This document shows positions 50,301-59,542 of a DNA stretch of 64,000 nucleotides, in pieces. A program made the position numbers and the translations under genes. The DNA comes from a virus, in the IMG/VR virus record IMGVR_UViG_3300024513_000016, positions 48,243 to 112,242 of that record; one strand, given 5' to 3'. The notes under the pieces were generated by a model. The model was given only the letters and a program-made list of their open reading frames with translations, ran no database searches and was not told where the DNA came from. Numbering within the stretch: position 1 is the stretch's first letter; each line of letters starts with the position of its first letter.

Positions 50301-51089
50301 TACAACACTGATAGTATTGGTATTGATTAGCAATCTCACGGATAGCAGTAGCAAGTGCTTCTTTCATATCATCGGTGGGTTCTACAATCAATTCTGCTTT
50401 GAATGCTTCCCAAACTTTGTATGCTGCGTCAGTCATAGTCATAATCAGTAGGATAAGAGGAGTTCAGGGATACACTTTCTTGGTGACTTTCCCAACCATT
50501 TTCACTACCCATTTCGTAGATTGCTCGGGCAAAGTTTAAAAGAGCATCTTCTTGTAAAGGTTGCCACACTACATCACCAACATCACCAGAATACAGTTCT
50601 CTCAAATATGATGAAGCAAGTTCAAGGATTTGTTCGTCAGTCATTCTTGCCACCCATCAAAGTATTCAGTAAAAAAGTTGAAACTCAAACCAACCTTACC
50701 AAGTTGAAAATCTACTCCAAATAAAGAATTAGTAAAGAATGAGAGTAGGATGTGTAATCCACCATTACTATGAACTAAAGCACTGGGATTTTCATAATTA
50801 ACCCAGAGTAATGAACGATTGTTGATGATACCAAACTGCCAAGTGCGTGAAGTTTCACCATTATCCCAAACTTTTAGGTTGTACTGATAGGGTTTCATTC
50901 TTCATCCTCACAAGGGAACATAGCATCATACTCTTCATCAGTCAGTGTGAGATACTGGACATCAGCATCTTGATGTTCTTCGGCATACATTAGTTGATAA
51001 TGAGCAAAGGAACTTTCAGAAGTGCTGCCGTATTCTACGACACCATCAACAAGGCAGAGGTAGTTCATCGGTTTGTTGTGTATGAGAGT

Positions 51090-51146
51090 ATTATACGACA
51101 AAAAGGGTCTCTGTGGTGAGACCCTGTGCCAGTTCTTCAACCGTCC
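51090..51146 (-). promoter_or_regulatory. Palindrome-hairpin-(-10) cassette E7
   Basis: GGACGGTT-GAAG-AACTGGCAC, AGGGTCTC/GAGACCCT stem plus T-run, TATAAT. Confidence 0.8.
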
Positions 51147-51733
51147 TTCTCATCAACCCAATAAAAACCCAAACAAGTTTTCATAAAGAACCTCACCAAA
51201 CGATTAGGTTTATCAGGCATATAATACTTCAAATATCTACGGTTTCCATTCGTATAATAACCTTCGTGTTTTTTCCCCTGTTTGATTACAAAAGAACTTT
51301 CCACAGAACTACCACTCACAATAAAATTATTCGCAGACAATCCAGTTCCAATAGTAAAAGTAACTTTTTGTGGAAAACTTCCGTGTTTCTTCGCATACTC
51401 AAAGTCCTGAATAATTCTATCAAACTTTTCGTTATATCTTTTTCCAGCAAAATAGTTAGAACACTCAAACTTTTCTTTTGTTGTCTTTATAAGAGCATCA
51501 AACTTCTCATCAAGTTCTTGTGAGATTTCTTCAATACTCTTGCGTGGTGTTGAGAATGTTAGTTCTGGTGCAACATAAGGAATAGTAAAGTATTCCTTTG
51601 CGACTTCATATATTGGATTATCTTTATCCATAGAAGCAACCAACTCCATAGTATAAAAGACATTCTTCACATCTTTAACTGTTTTGATTGCATCTACATT
51701 AAGTTTATGATTTAGTCTTTCAGTCATTTTCAA
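51137..51733 (-). CDS. Hypothetical protein, member 3 of three-copy family
   Basis: KFDRIIQDFEYAK shared with member 1; conserved C-terminus. Confidence 0.8.
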   Translation of the reverse strand: MKMTERLNHKLNVDAIKTVKDVKNVFYTMELVASMDKDNPIYEVAKEYFTIPYVAPELTFSTPRKSIEEISQELDEKFDALIKTTKEKFECSNYFAGKRYNEKFDRIIQDFEYAKKHGSFPQKVTFTIGTGLSANNFIVSGSSVESSFVIKQGKKHEGYYTNGNRRYLKYYMPDKPNRLVRFFMKTCLGFYWVDEKDG

Positions 51734-52810
51734 TCACTCCACATAATGATATAAAGGTTCATTGTATTTTCTCAATAGTCGTATTGCTTCTTGTGCTTCT
51801 TGAAGTGTTTGGAATGTAGCATCTGAATAAAGGAAATACTTTTGGTCCTTAATATTATAAGATTGAATAAAAAAATAAGGTTTCAAAGTTTTTAAATTGA
51901 GGTCTTCTACAATTCGGTAATCATAAACTTTCATTATTTTCGTGCCTCCCAATACTTACCTTCTTCACCACATCCAGCATAAGATCGTCTCATCATATCA
52001 CAAAAACGACCACCTTTGACTTTTCCAGTCACCAGATTTTCACTCAATACTGGATTGTAGCATAAGTCAAATCGGTCTCCACCACCAGTAAGATGTTCAA
52101 ACCAATCTTTCTTATACCACTTACAATCCTTACAGAGTTTTAGGTCAGTCATAAGTCGTAAGGATGTTGAGGGTCTCGGGTCCACAGTTTAGTATATACT
52201 AACCATTTCTCTTGTTTGTTATCCATTTCAGCAGTCCAGTGGATACCATTCTCATCAATAGCATCAAGGTAATGAATACCTTTGCGGTCATCAATCACAC
52301 GAGTGACAGTTACAAACTTTACTTTTTCAATCATCTTTCAACTTCATATAATCTTTTGCTTGATAAAATATCTCATCACGCCAGTTTCTACCACAAATAT
52401 CAAAACTAAAACCTACCTTACCGATAGAAAAAAGAAATGAGAATAACCTACCATATCCCATAGAGATTTGTAGATAAGGCCACTCAATCCATTTACCATA
52501 TTCACCAAAATCAACTGCAACTTGAAGCAGTGAATATCGTTCAGTAAGAAAGAGTGATAGGTAGAACTCTTTACCATAATCCTCTCTTACACCCCATTTT
52601 GCGACTTGAAAGATTTTCATTGGTTTAGTTCCTCTGCAAGTCGAATCATATCACCTTTATCCAAAACAATTCTACCATCTTGAGCCGTAAAGAACTGCAC
52701 TTTTTCTGCAGCAAGACAAAGAATAGCAGCAACTAACTTTTCTTCAGTATCAGCACCAAAATTATTTCGGTGTTCCCATACTTCATTCATAAATTCTTGT
52801 GCTCGTTCAG

Positions 52811-53368
52811 TCATTTTACTTTACCGTGAATAGGACAATCAGCATTAACCCACTTGCGTTCTTCAGGCATTTCTTCGTTATCCATTACAGGACACTTACA
52901 ACCTTTCTTGACTGCTTCAGGAGAACCAGGAATAATACCATTCCATTCTTGATAGGTCATCGCATCCATTTCTTCCTCAGTGTAGTTAGGATTATCAGGT
53001 TGCTCAAGACGCGAAAGTTTTGCTTTCAGGTCATAAATCTCATCTTCCAACCTGCGGAGTTCTTTAGAATAATCCTCTGCCATCATCAGTTCAAACTCTT
53101 CCGAAATCTTACGCATATCTTCTTCACTACGCATATCATTAAATGCAAGCGAACAAGCACCTTTCATAATACCGATTTCATTATGTCCCATCGTGCGGGC
53201 AACAGTTCCAAAGAAACGGAAGAGTTGAATGGTGTTAATGTCTTCACAAGGAATCTCAAAAGTATAGTGCTCCTCGGGAAGAGTTTCATCGTCATACATC
53301 CCAGATCCACCATAACTAGGAGTCCATTCAGTGTCAAACTGTACTTTGAGTTTTGCAGTGTAGGTCAT
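52811..53368 (-). CDS. Hypothetical protein with coiled coil and Cys-rich C-terminus
   Basis: PGSPEAVKKGCKCPVMDN...DCPIHG; first gene after cassette E8. Confidence 0.7.
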   Translation of the reverse strand: MTYTAKLKVQFDTEWTPSYGGSGMYDDETLPEEHYTFEIPCEDINTIQLFRFFGTVARTMGHNEIGIMKGACSLAFNDMRSEEDMRKISEEFELMMAEDYSKELRRLEDEIYDLKAKLSRLEQPDNPNYTEEEMDAMTYQEWNGIIPGSPEAVKKGCKCPVMDNEEMPEERKWVNADCPIHGKVK

Positions 53369-53390
53369 TGCTTTCGATGTCTATGTACCT

Positions 53391-53448
53391 ACTATAAAAC
53401 CTCCTTGAGGACAAGTCAAGGAGGCAGTGGACAGATTTTAAACTGGTC
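53391..53448 (-). promoter_or_regulatory. Palindrome-hairpin-(-10) cassette E8
   Basis: GACCAGTT-TAAA-ATCTGTCC, CCTCCTTGA/TCAAGGAGG stem, TTGACT-17-TATAGT. Confidence 0.75.
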
Positions 53449-53621
53449 TATGTGGTCAAGAGTTTTCTACATATTTTTCTACAACTCTGCGTATCCTCAT
53501 CACATTCAGTCAGACATTCAAAGTAGGAATTCATAATTTCGTGCTGGTCTATAAACTCATCTAGCGTATTACCTATTTTTTTCCACCCAGCAAGTTGATT
53601 GTAAGAAATTAAATTGTGCAT
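53448..53621 (-). CDS. Small twin CxxxC protein
   Basis: MHNLISYNQLAGW...YFECLTECDEDTQSCRKIC; GGAGG RBS. Confidence 0.7.
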   Translation of the reverse strand: MHNLISYNQLAGWKKIGNTLDEFIDQHEIMNSYFECLTECDEDTQSCRKICRKLLTT

Positions 53622-53729
53622 ATGACCTCCACGCACAAAGAATATCATAATAAAGAGTTTTCAGTTCATTTTTATGACCTTACTATTCTACCACTATCTA
53701 GGAGGTTTATGTGGATTGCTTAATACAAC

Positions 53730-54047
53730 TTAATCACGATTTCTCCAATCACTTTCATTATCACGACTAAAGAAATCAATAATATCATCCGCACCATTAA
53801 ATCCAGTGCGATGATTTGATGGATCTGGATCACCCAAATCCAATGCGTTCATAAAGTCATCTAGACTTCCTTCTTGCATATCTGGATTCGCAGCACGGCG
53901 TCTTGCTTGTCTTAGAAGTGTTGCAGCAGAACGATTTGCTTTTGCTAGTTTTTCACACCAAATCATATCACTTAACTCTACAGATTCGCCTTTTACAATT
54001 CGCTCACAGATTGCTTCAAGGCGAAGACGGTATTGAGTGGAGAGCAT
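53730..54047 (-). CDS. Conserved cyanophage hypothetical protein
   Basis: MLSTQYRLRLE.IC..I...DMIW..KLAK.N...LGDPDPSNH. Confidence 0.75.
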   Translation of the reverse strand: MLSTQYRLRLEAICERIVKGESVELSDMIWCEKLAKANRSAATLLRQARRRAANPDMQEGSLDDFMNALDLGDPDPSNHRTGFNGADDIIDFFSRDNESDWRNRD

Positions 54048-54303
54048 ATGTATTACTCAGATAATGATTATTTATTTCTTGATTCTAACTCTTTCATCAA
54101 CTCCTTTGCAAGTTGATTTGAGCGTCTCCACATCAAATACTTTACAATCGGATTTGCTGGATTATGTAGAATCCACCATTTCGTCTTTTCGTATTCTACT
54201 CTTGCAAGTTGAGTAAGCATATAAAATGCCTTTGCTACAGATTGATCAGTAACAATCAAGTAAGCAATACAAAAGAAAATGACGAAATATATGTATGTAG
54301 AAC

Positions 54304-54477
54304 TCATTGTCTCAGAGTTTTAAGATACTGTAATACTTGTTCACGAACTGCCATAAGTTCATTAAAGCACTTTTGATTGTGAGCACAGTTGCGAAGTTCT
54401 GGATCTGGTTTCAAGACACTTTCTTCGAAAAGAGTGAGTCCGCGATTCCATTTATCAACTTGAGATTCTTCAGTCAT
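54304..54477 (-). CDS. 57-aa hypothetical (not in ORF track)
   Basis: KWNRGLTLFEESVLKPDPELRNCAHNQKCFNELM. Confidence 0.7.
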   Translation of the reverse strand: MTEESQVDKWNRGLTLFEESVLKPDPELRNCAHNQKCFNELMAVREQVLQYLKTLRQ

Positions 54478-54637
54478 TTTTTACAACTTTAATGGGACAG
54501 GAAGGAATAACTTTGCGGATTTCTTGTACTATTTCAGTTCTTTGAACTTCACTTAATCCTACAACTTTAGTAAGACGATGAATCAGATTCAATGCATCAC
54601 TGCAACTAATTATGGTTGATGCAAATAGAACAACCAT
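54470..54637 (-). CDS. 55-aa two-Cys protein, possible paralogue of the aptamer-nested ORF
   Basis: MVVLFASTIISC-x26-EIRK-x4-C; AGGAG RBS. Confidence 0.65.
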   Translation of the reverse strand: MVVLFASTIISCSDALNLIHRLTKVVGLSEVQRTEIVQEIRKVIPSCPIKVVKND

Positions 54638-55299
54638 AGTTTTCTCCTATTCTACTACTATTTAAGGTAGTTTATGATTTTTTAATAATTAATCCCAACT
54701 CACATTTTGCACTAGGAATCCAGGCATTACATAAGTCCAAGCACCAAGTTCCTGAACACCACCAACTTTATATTCCCATTTGTATTCGAATTGATTATGA
54801 CTATCCCAAGTCATATATCCTTGTTCTTTATCAAAGCGTCCTTTGATAGTCAGACTATGCTTGTTGGAATAAATGTTGCGAGTGCGTAGTGCTCCACCTT
54901 TCTCGCGAGTTTCAATCACCACACATACATCGGGATAAGTTTGAATACCTGCTTCCAAAAGACAAGGTGTTTCATATCTAAATGGTCGATAAGTTTTAGT
55001 CTCCTGAGCAAATACAGGAGAAGAAAACAACAGTGCAGCGAGAATAATCAGTTTTTTCATTTCACAATGCTCCAGTGCTCATTACCAGTTTTAGGAACCC
55101 AAGTACAATATTGTCGATTGATGGAAACCAAAAAGAGTTTATCATCAGTTTCTTGTTCTACTTGCATTGCATGAAAAGATTGCATAATGTTCACGAATCG
55201 ATTCTTTGCCTTTGAACTCAGCGGAATCACATTCACAAATTGTTTCTTAATCTTTGAAGTTTTCATAGAGTTCATAATTTTTCAACCTCCACAAAGGTA

Positions 55300-55328
55300 A
55301 TTGTACAGAGTTTTCAAAGGTGTGTCAA
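55300..55328 (-). promoter_or_regulatory. Sigma70-type promoter
   Basis: TTGACA-17-TACAAT. Confidence 0.7.
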
Positions 55329-55739
55329 GTAATCCAGGTATTCTTCAAAAAGAACTTCTTCCATTTGAAATGCTTGTTGTTCCCATGGTTGGTCTTCATA
55401 GTCCGTCTGAGAGAAGTCTATGCCCCTCCAGTGTCTCTTTCCGTGTTTATCCTTTAGAGCGCCTGTAACATGCTGATAGACATGCCAGAGTTCATGTAGG
55501 AGGGTTCTGGTGTAGTGATCTGGAGTCATTTGATTGTGCATTTCAATCTCAAATGCACGGGGTCTCCAATCACAATCAGTCACACCAACCCAACCATAAA
55601 CACCATCACGCAACATCCCACGATGATGCACAGCGATTTCAATTTTATGTTTGGGAAGGTGCTTTGAAATGAACCATTCAACTACACTTTTGCAGCGTTT
55701 TTTACTGTAGTTGTATCCAGAAGTTTCAAGCAAAAGCAT
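55314..55739 (-). CDS. Zinc metallopeptidase-like protein
   Basis: TLLHELWHVYQ (HExxH) plus Y.DQPWE..A. Confidence 0.75.
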   Translation of the reverse strand: MLLLETSGYNYSKKRCKSVVEWFISKHLPKHKIEIAVHHRGMLRDGVYGWVGVTDCDWRPRAFEIEMHNQMTPDHYTRTLLHELWHVYQHVTGALKDKHGKRHWRGIDFSQTDYEDQPWEQQAFQMEEVLFEEYLDYLTHL

Positions 55740-55854
55740 TGATAATCACCTGAGAAAGACGGACACCCCAGTTCATCAAAATCATAAAAGATGCGACAAA
55801 AATCAGTCTGTCTAAATTGGAAAACCTCATAAGGTCTCTTATGTGTCTCCAACT

Positions 55855-55911
55855 ACTATAAGACCCTCCAGAGCGATTCTGGAGGGTCTTAGGACAGTTT
55901 CTGAAGTGTCT
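55855..55911 (-). promoter_or_regulatory. Palindrome-hairpin-(-10) cassette E9
   Basis: AGACACTT-CAGA-AACTGTCC, long stem AAGACCCTCCAGA/TCTGGAGGGTCTT, TATAGT. Confidence 0.75.
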
Positions 55912-57751
55912 ACTCAGTGTCAAAAAAGAACATTTGCCAAAGTCTGCTGTTTTCTTTTATTGTTCCAAAATATTGTGATGCCGAATGAATAGCACTAGCA
56001 TCAAAAATCACAAGACGATTATAAACATTTCCAAGAACATCTACAGGTTCAAATGGTGTTCCATCTAAGTGACAATCTCCAGGAATATCTTTCCATGAAG
56101 CATCCCATCCTTCGTCGAAATAAGTTCTTGCTCTTGTTTTTTTGTGAGCATATAATGTAGTCCCACATTGATATGGAGCGTCTGGTGTGAGATATAACAT
56201 CCCTCCCCATTTCTGACTATCACAATGATAAACTAATGGTTCGCCAGACCAAGCAATTTGAAATCTACCATTCATTCCATGTTCTTCCCATTTTGTAATG
56301 GTTTTTCCCATAATCTCTTCAAATCTTTCTTTGAGACCTGGAAATAAAAACTGTTGTTCTGTTCGCCTACCAATAAATCCTCTACCAAATCCACCTTCAA
56401 CATAATCTTGATTTAGTGCAAACTCCCTTACTTGGTCTGGATCATCATAAAAATTATCTACAATCCAAGAAGTTGGTTTTGAATTCACACTCAAGTTAAA
56501 AAAATCTGGTTCTTCTCCCGATGAACTTAAAATATATTCTTTTGCATGATGAGTCCCTTCAATAATTGATTTCATCTTATTGATAATATTTTCATCAACT
56601 AGATCTGGATGTACCCACCAATCTTCAAAATTAGACTTTCCATCAGGTGACAAATCATTCGCCACTAAAATATAACCTTTACTTGTTAGAAATTCTCTTG
56701 ATTTTTCTCGGAAAGATCTTGTGACATCTACATAATAATCATGTTCATAAGTAATCACTGCAAATTTGTATTTGTCAAAAGGAACTCTCAACATACACTC
56801 ATAAGTATTTCTTGCTGGTTCGATATCTAACTGCAGATAATCAATAGTATTTCCTTCAAAGTTTTCTTTTAGTAATTTTTCATAATCAATTGTCAGGGCA
56901 TTGTCATGAAGCAGTTTTGCACTTCTATTATTTCTGTAGTTGTTTATAAACTTCTCATCATACTCAATAGAAACACCAGTCCAACCAAAAGTCTTTTCAA
57001 GTAGTGCAGTATTATTGCCCTTAAATGGGTCGGCACCACCAATCTCAAGGAATGTTCCATTCTTTTTTCCATTGAGCATTGAAAGAATAAACATATCTTG
57101 ATAAACTTGAGAATAGTTTCTCTCAATGATGGATGAGTTATCAAACTTAAATCTTAGTTTTGAGTAATCTTCTTTTGTGTAAGTATGAAATGCTTGAGAT
57201 TCTGGACCTGAACCAAGACGAGTTACATTATCTTCTACTGATCTCTTGTGAGTTTCATCCATTTCATTCCAATAATCATCAACTAAAGAATGAAAAAGTT
57301 TTCTGGATTCCATTCCTCTTCCCCACCACCAAGCAGAAACTGCTTTCTGGAAGATGAGTAGATATTTTCCTTTGAACTCTGGAAGATCTAGTACATCGTC
57401 TATAGTTTGTTGAAGACCTAGATTTGCATATGTGTAAGAATTTTGCCATTCTTGCTTTCTTTCATATAACAAAGAAAGGAAATAATATGCTTCTGGTCTT
57501 TGTGGAAGAAGGTTGAGTGCGTTCTCAAGAAGAACTTTTTCTGTGCCATCTCTTGATCCCTGAGACTTATAACAGAATGATGCTCTTATGAGTGCTTGAT
57601 ATGCAAGATTATCATTTTCTGCTCTTTCTGCTGCCCTCAAATAATAAGTATGAGCAGGAGCAGTATGACCTTCGTTTTCATACCATTTAGCAAGATTATA
57701 GTTCTTTTCTGCGTTTTCAGTATCTAAACTAAATTCAAGTAGTTCATTCAT
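55910..57751 (-). CDS. Fusion of TPR, FkbM-type methyltransferase and 2OG-Fe(II) oxygenase-like domains
   Basis: TPR (P.RPEAYY); YSQVYQD...GTFLEIGG...NNT..LE..FGW.G...IDYLQLDIE; IVDNFY.DP...HCD...YLTP...VYNRLV.F....HS. Confidence 0.8.
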   Translation of the reverse strand: MNELLEFSLDTENAEKNYNLAKWYENEGHTAPAHTYYLRAAERAENDNLAYQALIRASFCYKSQGSRDGTEKVLLENALNLLPQRPEAYYFLSLLYERKQEWQNSYTYANLGLQQTIDDVLDLPEFKGKYLLIFQKAVSAWWWGRGMESRKLFHSLVDDYWNEMDETHKRSVEDNVTRLGSGPESQAFHTYTKEDYSKLRFKFDNSSIIERNYSQVYQDMFILSMLNGKKNGTFLEIGGADPFKGNNTALLEKTFGWTGVSIEYDEKFINNYRNNRSAKLLHDNALTIDYEKLLKENFEGNTIDYLQLDIEPARNTYECMLRVPFDKYKFAVITYEHDYYVDVTRSFREKSREFLTSKGYILVANDLSPDGKSNFEDWWVHPDLVDENIINKMKSIIEGTHHAKEYILSSSGEEPDFFNLSVNSKPTSWIVDNFYDDPDQVREFALNQDYVEGGFGRGFIGRRTEQQFLFPGLKERFEEIMGKTITKWEEHGMNGRFQIAWSGEPLVYHCDSQKWGGMLYLTPDAPYQCGTTLYAHKKTRARTYFDEGWDASWKDIPGDCHLDGTPFEPVDVLGNVYNRLVIFDASAIHSASQYFGTIKENSRLWQMFFFDTE

Positions 57752-58718
57752 TGATAAAATCCTCCACCAAAGATTGCGAAACTTTTAAAATATATGCGGC
57801 ATTATCCTGTGCGCCAAAGGTAATCAAGAAATCATCTTGGTATGCTGCAAGACCACAACAGAATTCTATTTTCATATTCAAAAATGAAAATAGTTTTGAA
57901 AACTTTTGGGTTTTAAATTCTTTGTCCCAATAAACAAATCTGTGACGATATGTTGCGTTTTTTCTTCCTTGCTCACTATTATATAATTCAGTCTCGTGAA
58001 TTAATGTTAGATATCCATTTTTCCATTTAATAACTTGAGAACCACCTCTCAGGTCATTCATTCCTTCAGTTTTTGAATTAGTTTCAAAAACTTTAGTTTC
58101 TCCGCCATTAGGATCAAACTTCATTAAACATGTTGGATTTGTCCATTTCATTAGATGAAATGGTTTATCCTCAATAGGAGTACAGTTTTTCATACAGTAT
58201 TCATTATCTGGTGGTGGTCCTGGAATACGGTATCTAGATACTTCTTTGACTTCCGAATCTGTAAATTCAAGTTCTGAAAGTTCCATCCTTCCAGTTCCTT
58301 TTGTATCTAAATCTCTCCTTACTCCGCAAATGTAAATACGATCATCCCAGTTAATTAATCTGCAGTCTTCTAAACCAACAAATTCCCATTGTGGTTTATA
58401 TGTATCAAATTTGGAGGTATCTATTTTAGTAGAATAAACTACCTCTAAATTTTCATCAAGTTCCGCAATATAATTTGTGGTCCTTAAGTGCATATCATTC
58501 TCTGGATGAATGTATGACAATGGACCCCAAAGATGTTCAAATCTATTCAATTCTGCATGATAAAGCGTATAGTTGACATTTCTGATATTTACTATTATCT
58601 TGCCGTTTACTACAAGAACTGATGGGTTTGTGAGAGATGGTCCTGATAAATCTTGTGGGTTTATAAGTAATGGTTTTACTTTTCCACCATTTTTGAGAGC
58701 AAATTTTACAAAGTTCAT
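57744..58718 (-). CDS. Glycoside hydrolase-like beta-propeller protein (GH130/GH43-clan-like)
   Basis: TNPSV, GLEDCRL, KNC.P, LRGGSQ, YRHRF, IEFCCGL, ITFG.QD. Confidence 0.6.
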   Translation of the reverse strand: MNFVKFALKNGGKVKPLLINPQDLSGPSLTNPSVLVVNGKIIVNIRNVNYTLYHAELNRFEHLWGPLSYIHPENDMHLRTTNYIAELDENLEVVYSTKIDTSKFDTYKPQWEFVGLEDCRLINWDDRIYICGVRRDLDTKGTGRMELSELEFTDSEVKEVSRYRIPGPPPDNEYCMKNCTPIEDKPFHLMKWTNPTCLMKFDPNGGETKVFETNSKTEGMNDLRGGSQVIKWKNGYLTLIHETELYNSEQGRKNATYRHRFVYWDKEFKTQKFSKLFSFLNMKIEFCCGLAAYQDDFLITFGAQDNAAYILKVSQSLVEDFINE

Positions 58719-58736
58719 AATAAAATAAAGTAATAA

Positions 58737-59492
58737 TTATTTTTCTTGAGATTGAATTTTTTCCTTGAGAGTATTTATTTGATCTTGTTGATCCTTAATT
58801 GCCTCTATCAACACACCAATTATATTACCATAAGATAAGGTTTTTGTACCATCTGCATCAGTCTCTACAAGTTCTGGAATAACTTCCTCTACCTCTTGTG
58901 CAATCAGACCAAGAGAGGACTTATTGTTTTCTATCCAATCAAATCTAACTCCTTGAAGTCTTTGAACTAGTGCAATAGAGTCTTCAATAGGTCTTATATT
59001 TGTTTTCTTATTTCTATCAGATAGTGAGTTTACAGTAGTTGCGTTTAATGTTCCTGTTGATGGATTAAAATATAGTTTTGTTGTTGATACATTTGCTGCA
59101 GATAAAGAACCTGATGTAGAAGATGTAAAGGTTACATATCTATTTGCGTTCGTTGAAGTATCATCAGTAATAGTAACTCCTGCTGATGCCCAAGTAGAAT
59201 CACCTCTTAAAAATGTTGTCGCATCAGCAGTTCCAGTTGCTAATCTTGCAGTAGGAACAGTTCCAGATGAAAGATTAGAAGCGTTTAAGGTTGTTAAACT
59301 GGCACCAGATCCACTGAATGAAGTTGCAGTAATAATACCAGTGGTGTTTATACTTGCAGTGGAAAGTAATGTCTGTGCTGTTTGTGCAATACCAGAAAGA
59401 ACTTGTCCACTCGGAATAGTAATTCCATAAGTAAATGTAGGAGCACCTGTTCCTGCGTTGTTTATAACCCTATCTACTCTAAGTTCAGACAT
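58737..59492 (-). CDS. Short tail fibre-like protein with S74 chaperone domain
   Basis: SDRNKKTNI...GLIAQEVE..IPELV...YGNIIGVLIEAIK. Confidence 0.82.
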   Translation of the reverse strand: MSELRVDRVINNAGTGAPTFTYGITIPSGQVLSGIAQTAQTLLSTASINTTGIITATSFSGSGASLTTLNASNLSSGTVPTARLATGTADATTFLRGDSTWASAGVTITDDTSTNANRYVTFTSSTSGSLSAANVSTTKLYFNPSTGTLNATTVNSLSDRNKKTNIRPIEDSIALVQRLQGVRFDWIENNKSSLGLIAQEVEEVIPELVETDADGTKTLSYGNIIGVLIEAIKDQQDQINTLKEKIQSQEK

Positions 59493-59542
59493 TTTTAGTA
59501 ACTTTTTAGTTATTTATTCTTAAGGATCCTCTGAATGAAGTA

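Larger units (their letters stand above)
37855..55923 (-). other. Hyperplastic region of about 60 tightly coupled small ORFs in two paralogous blocks
   Basis: Nearly all ORFs 40-200 aa, minus strand, ATGA overlaps, many internal paralogues. Confidence 0.9.

Noticed and set aside
40492-51140. Shared MKNWHR N-termini of tracked ORFs 39973-40566 and 50895-51140
   Set aside because: Translation of the promoter cassette from a TTG; real starts lie downstream (40491, 51068)
38058-52334. Near-identical paralogous segments as DGR template/variable repeats
   Set aside because: No reverse transcriptase in the window; differences are not adenine-specific and both copies are intact ORFs
52799-53536. 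245-aa plus-strand ORF and other plus-strand ORFs in minus-strand operons
   Set aside because: Antisense shadows of well-supported minus-strand genes; no RBS or recognisable motifs
38436-55911. Dispersed repeats as a CRISPR array or integron attC sites
   Set aside because: Irregular kb-scale spacing, each ends in a -10 box, no cas or integrase gene, no attC R-box/L-box structure
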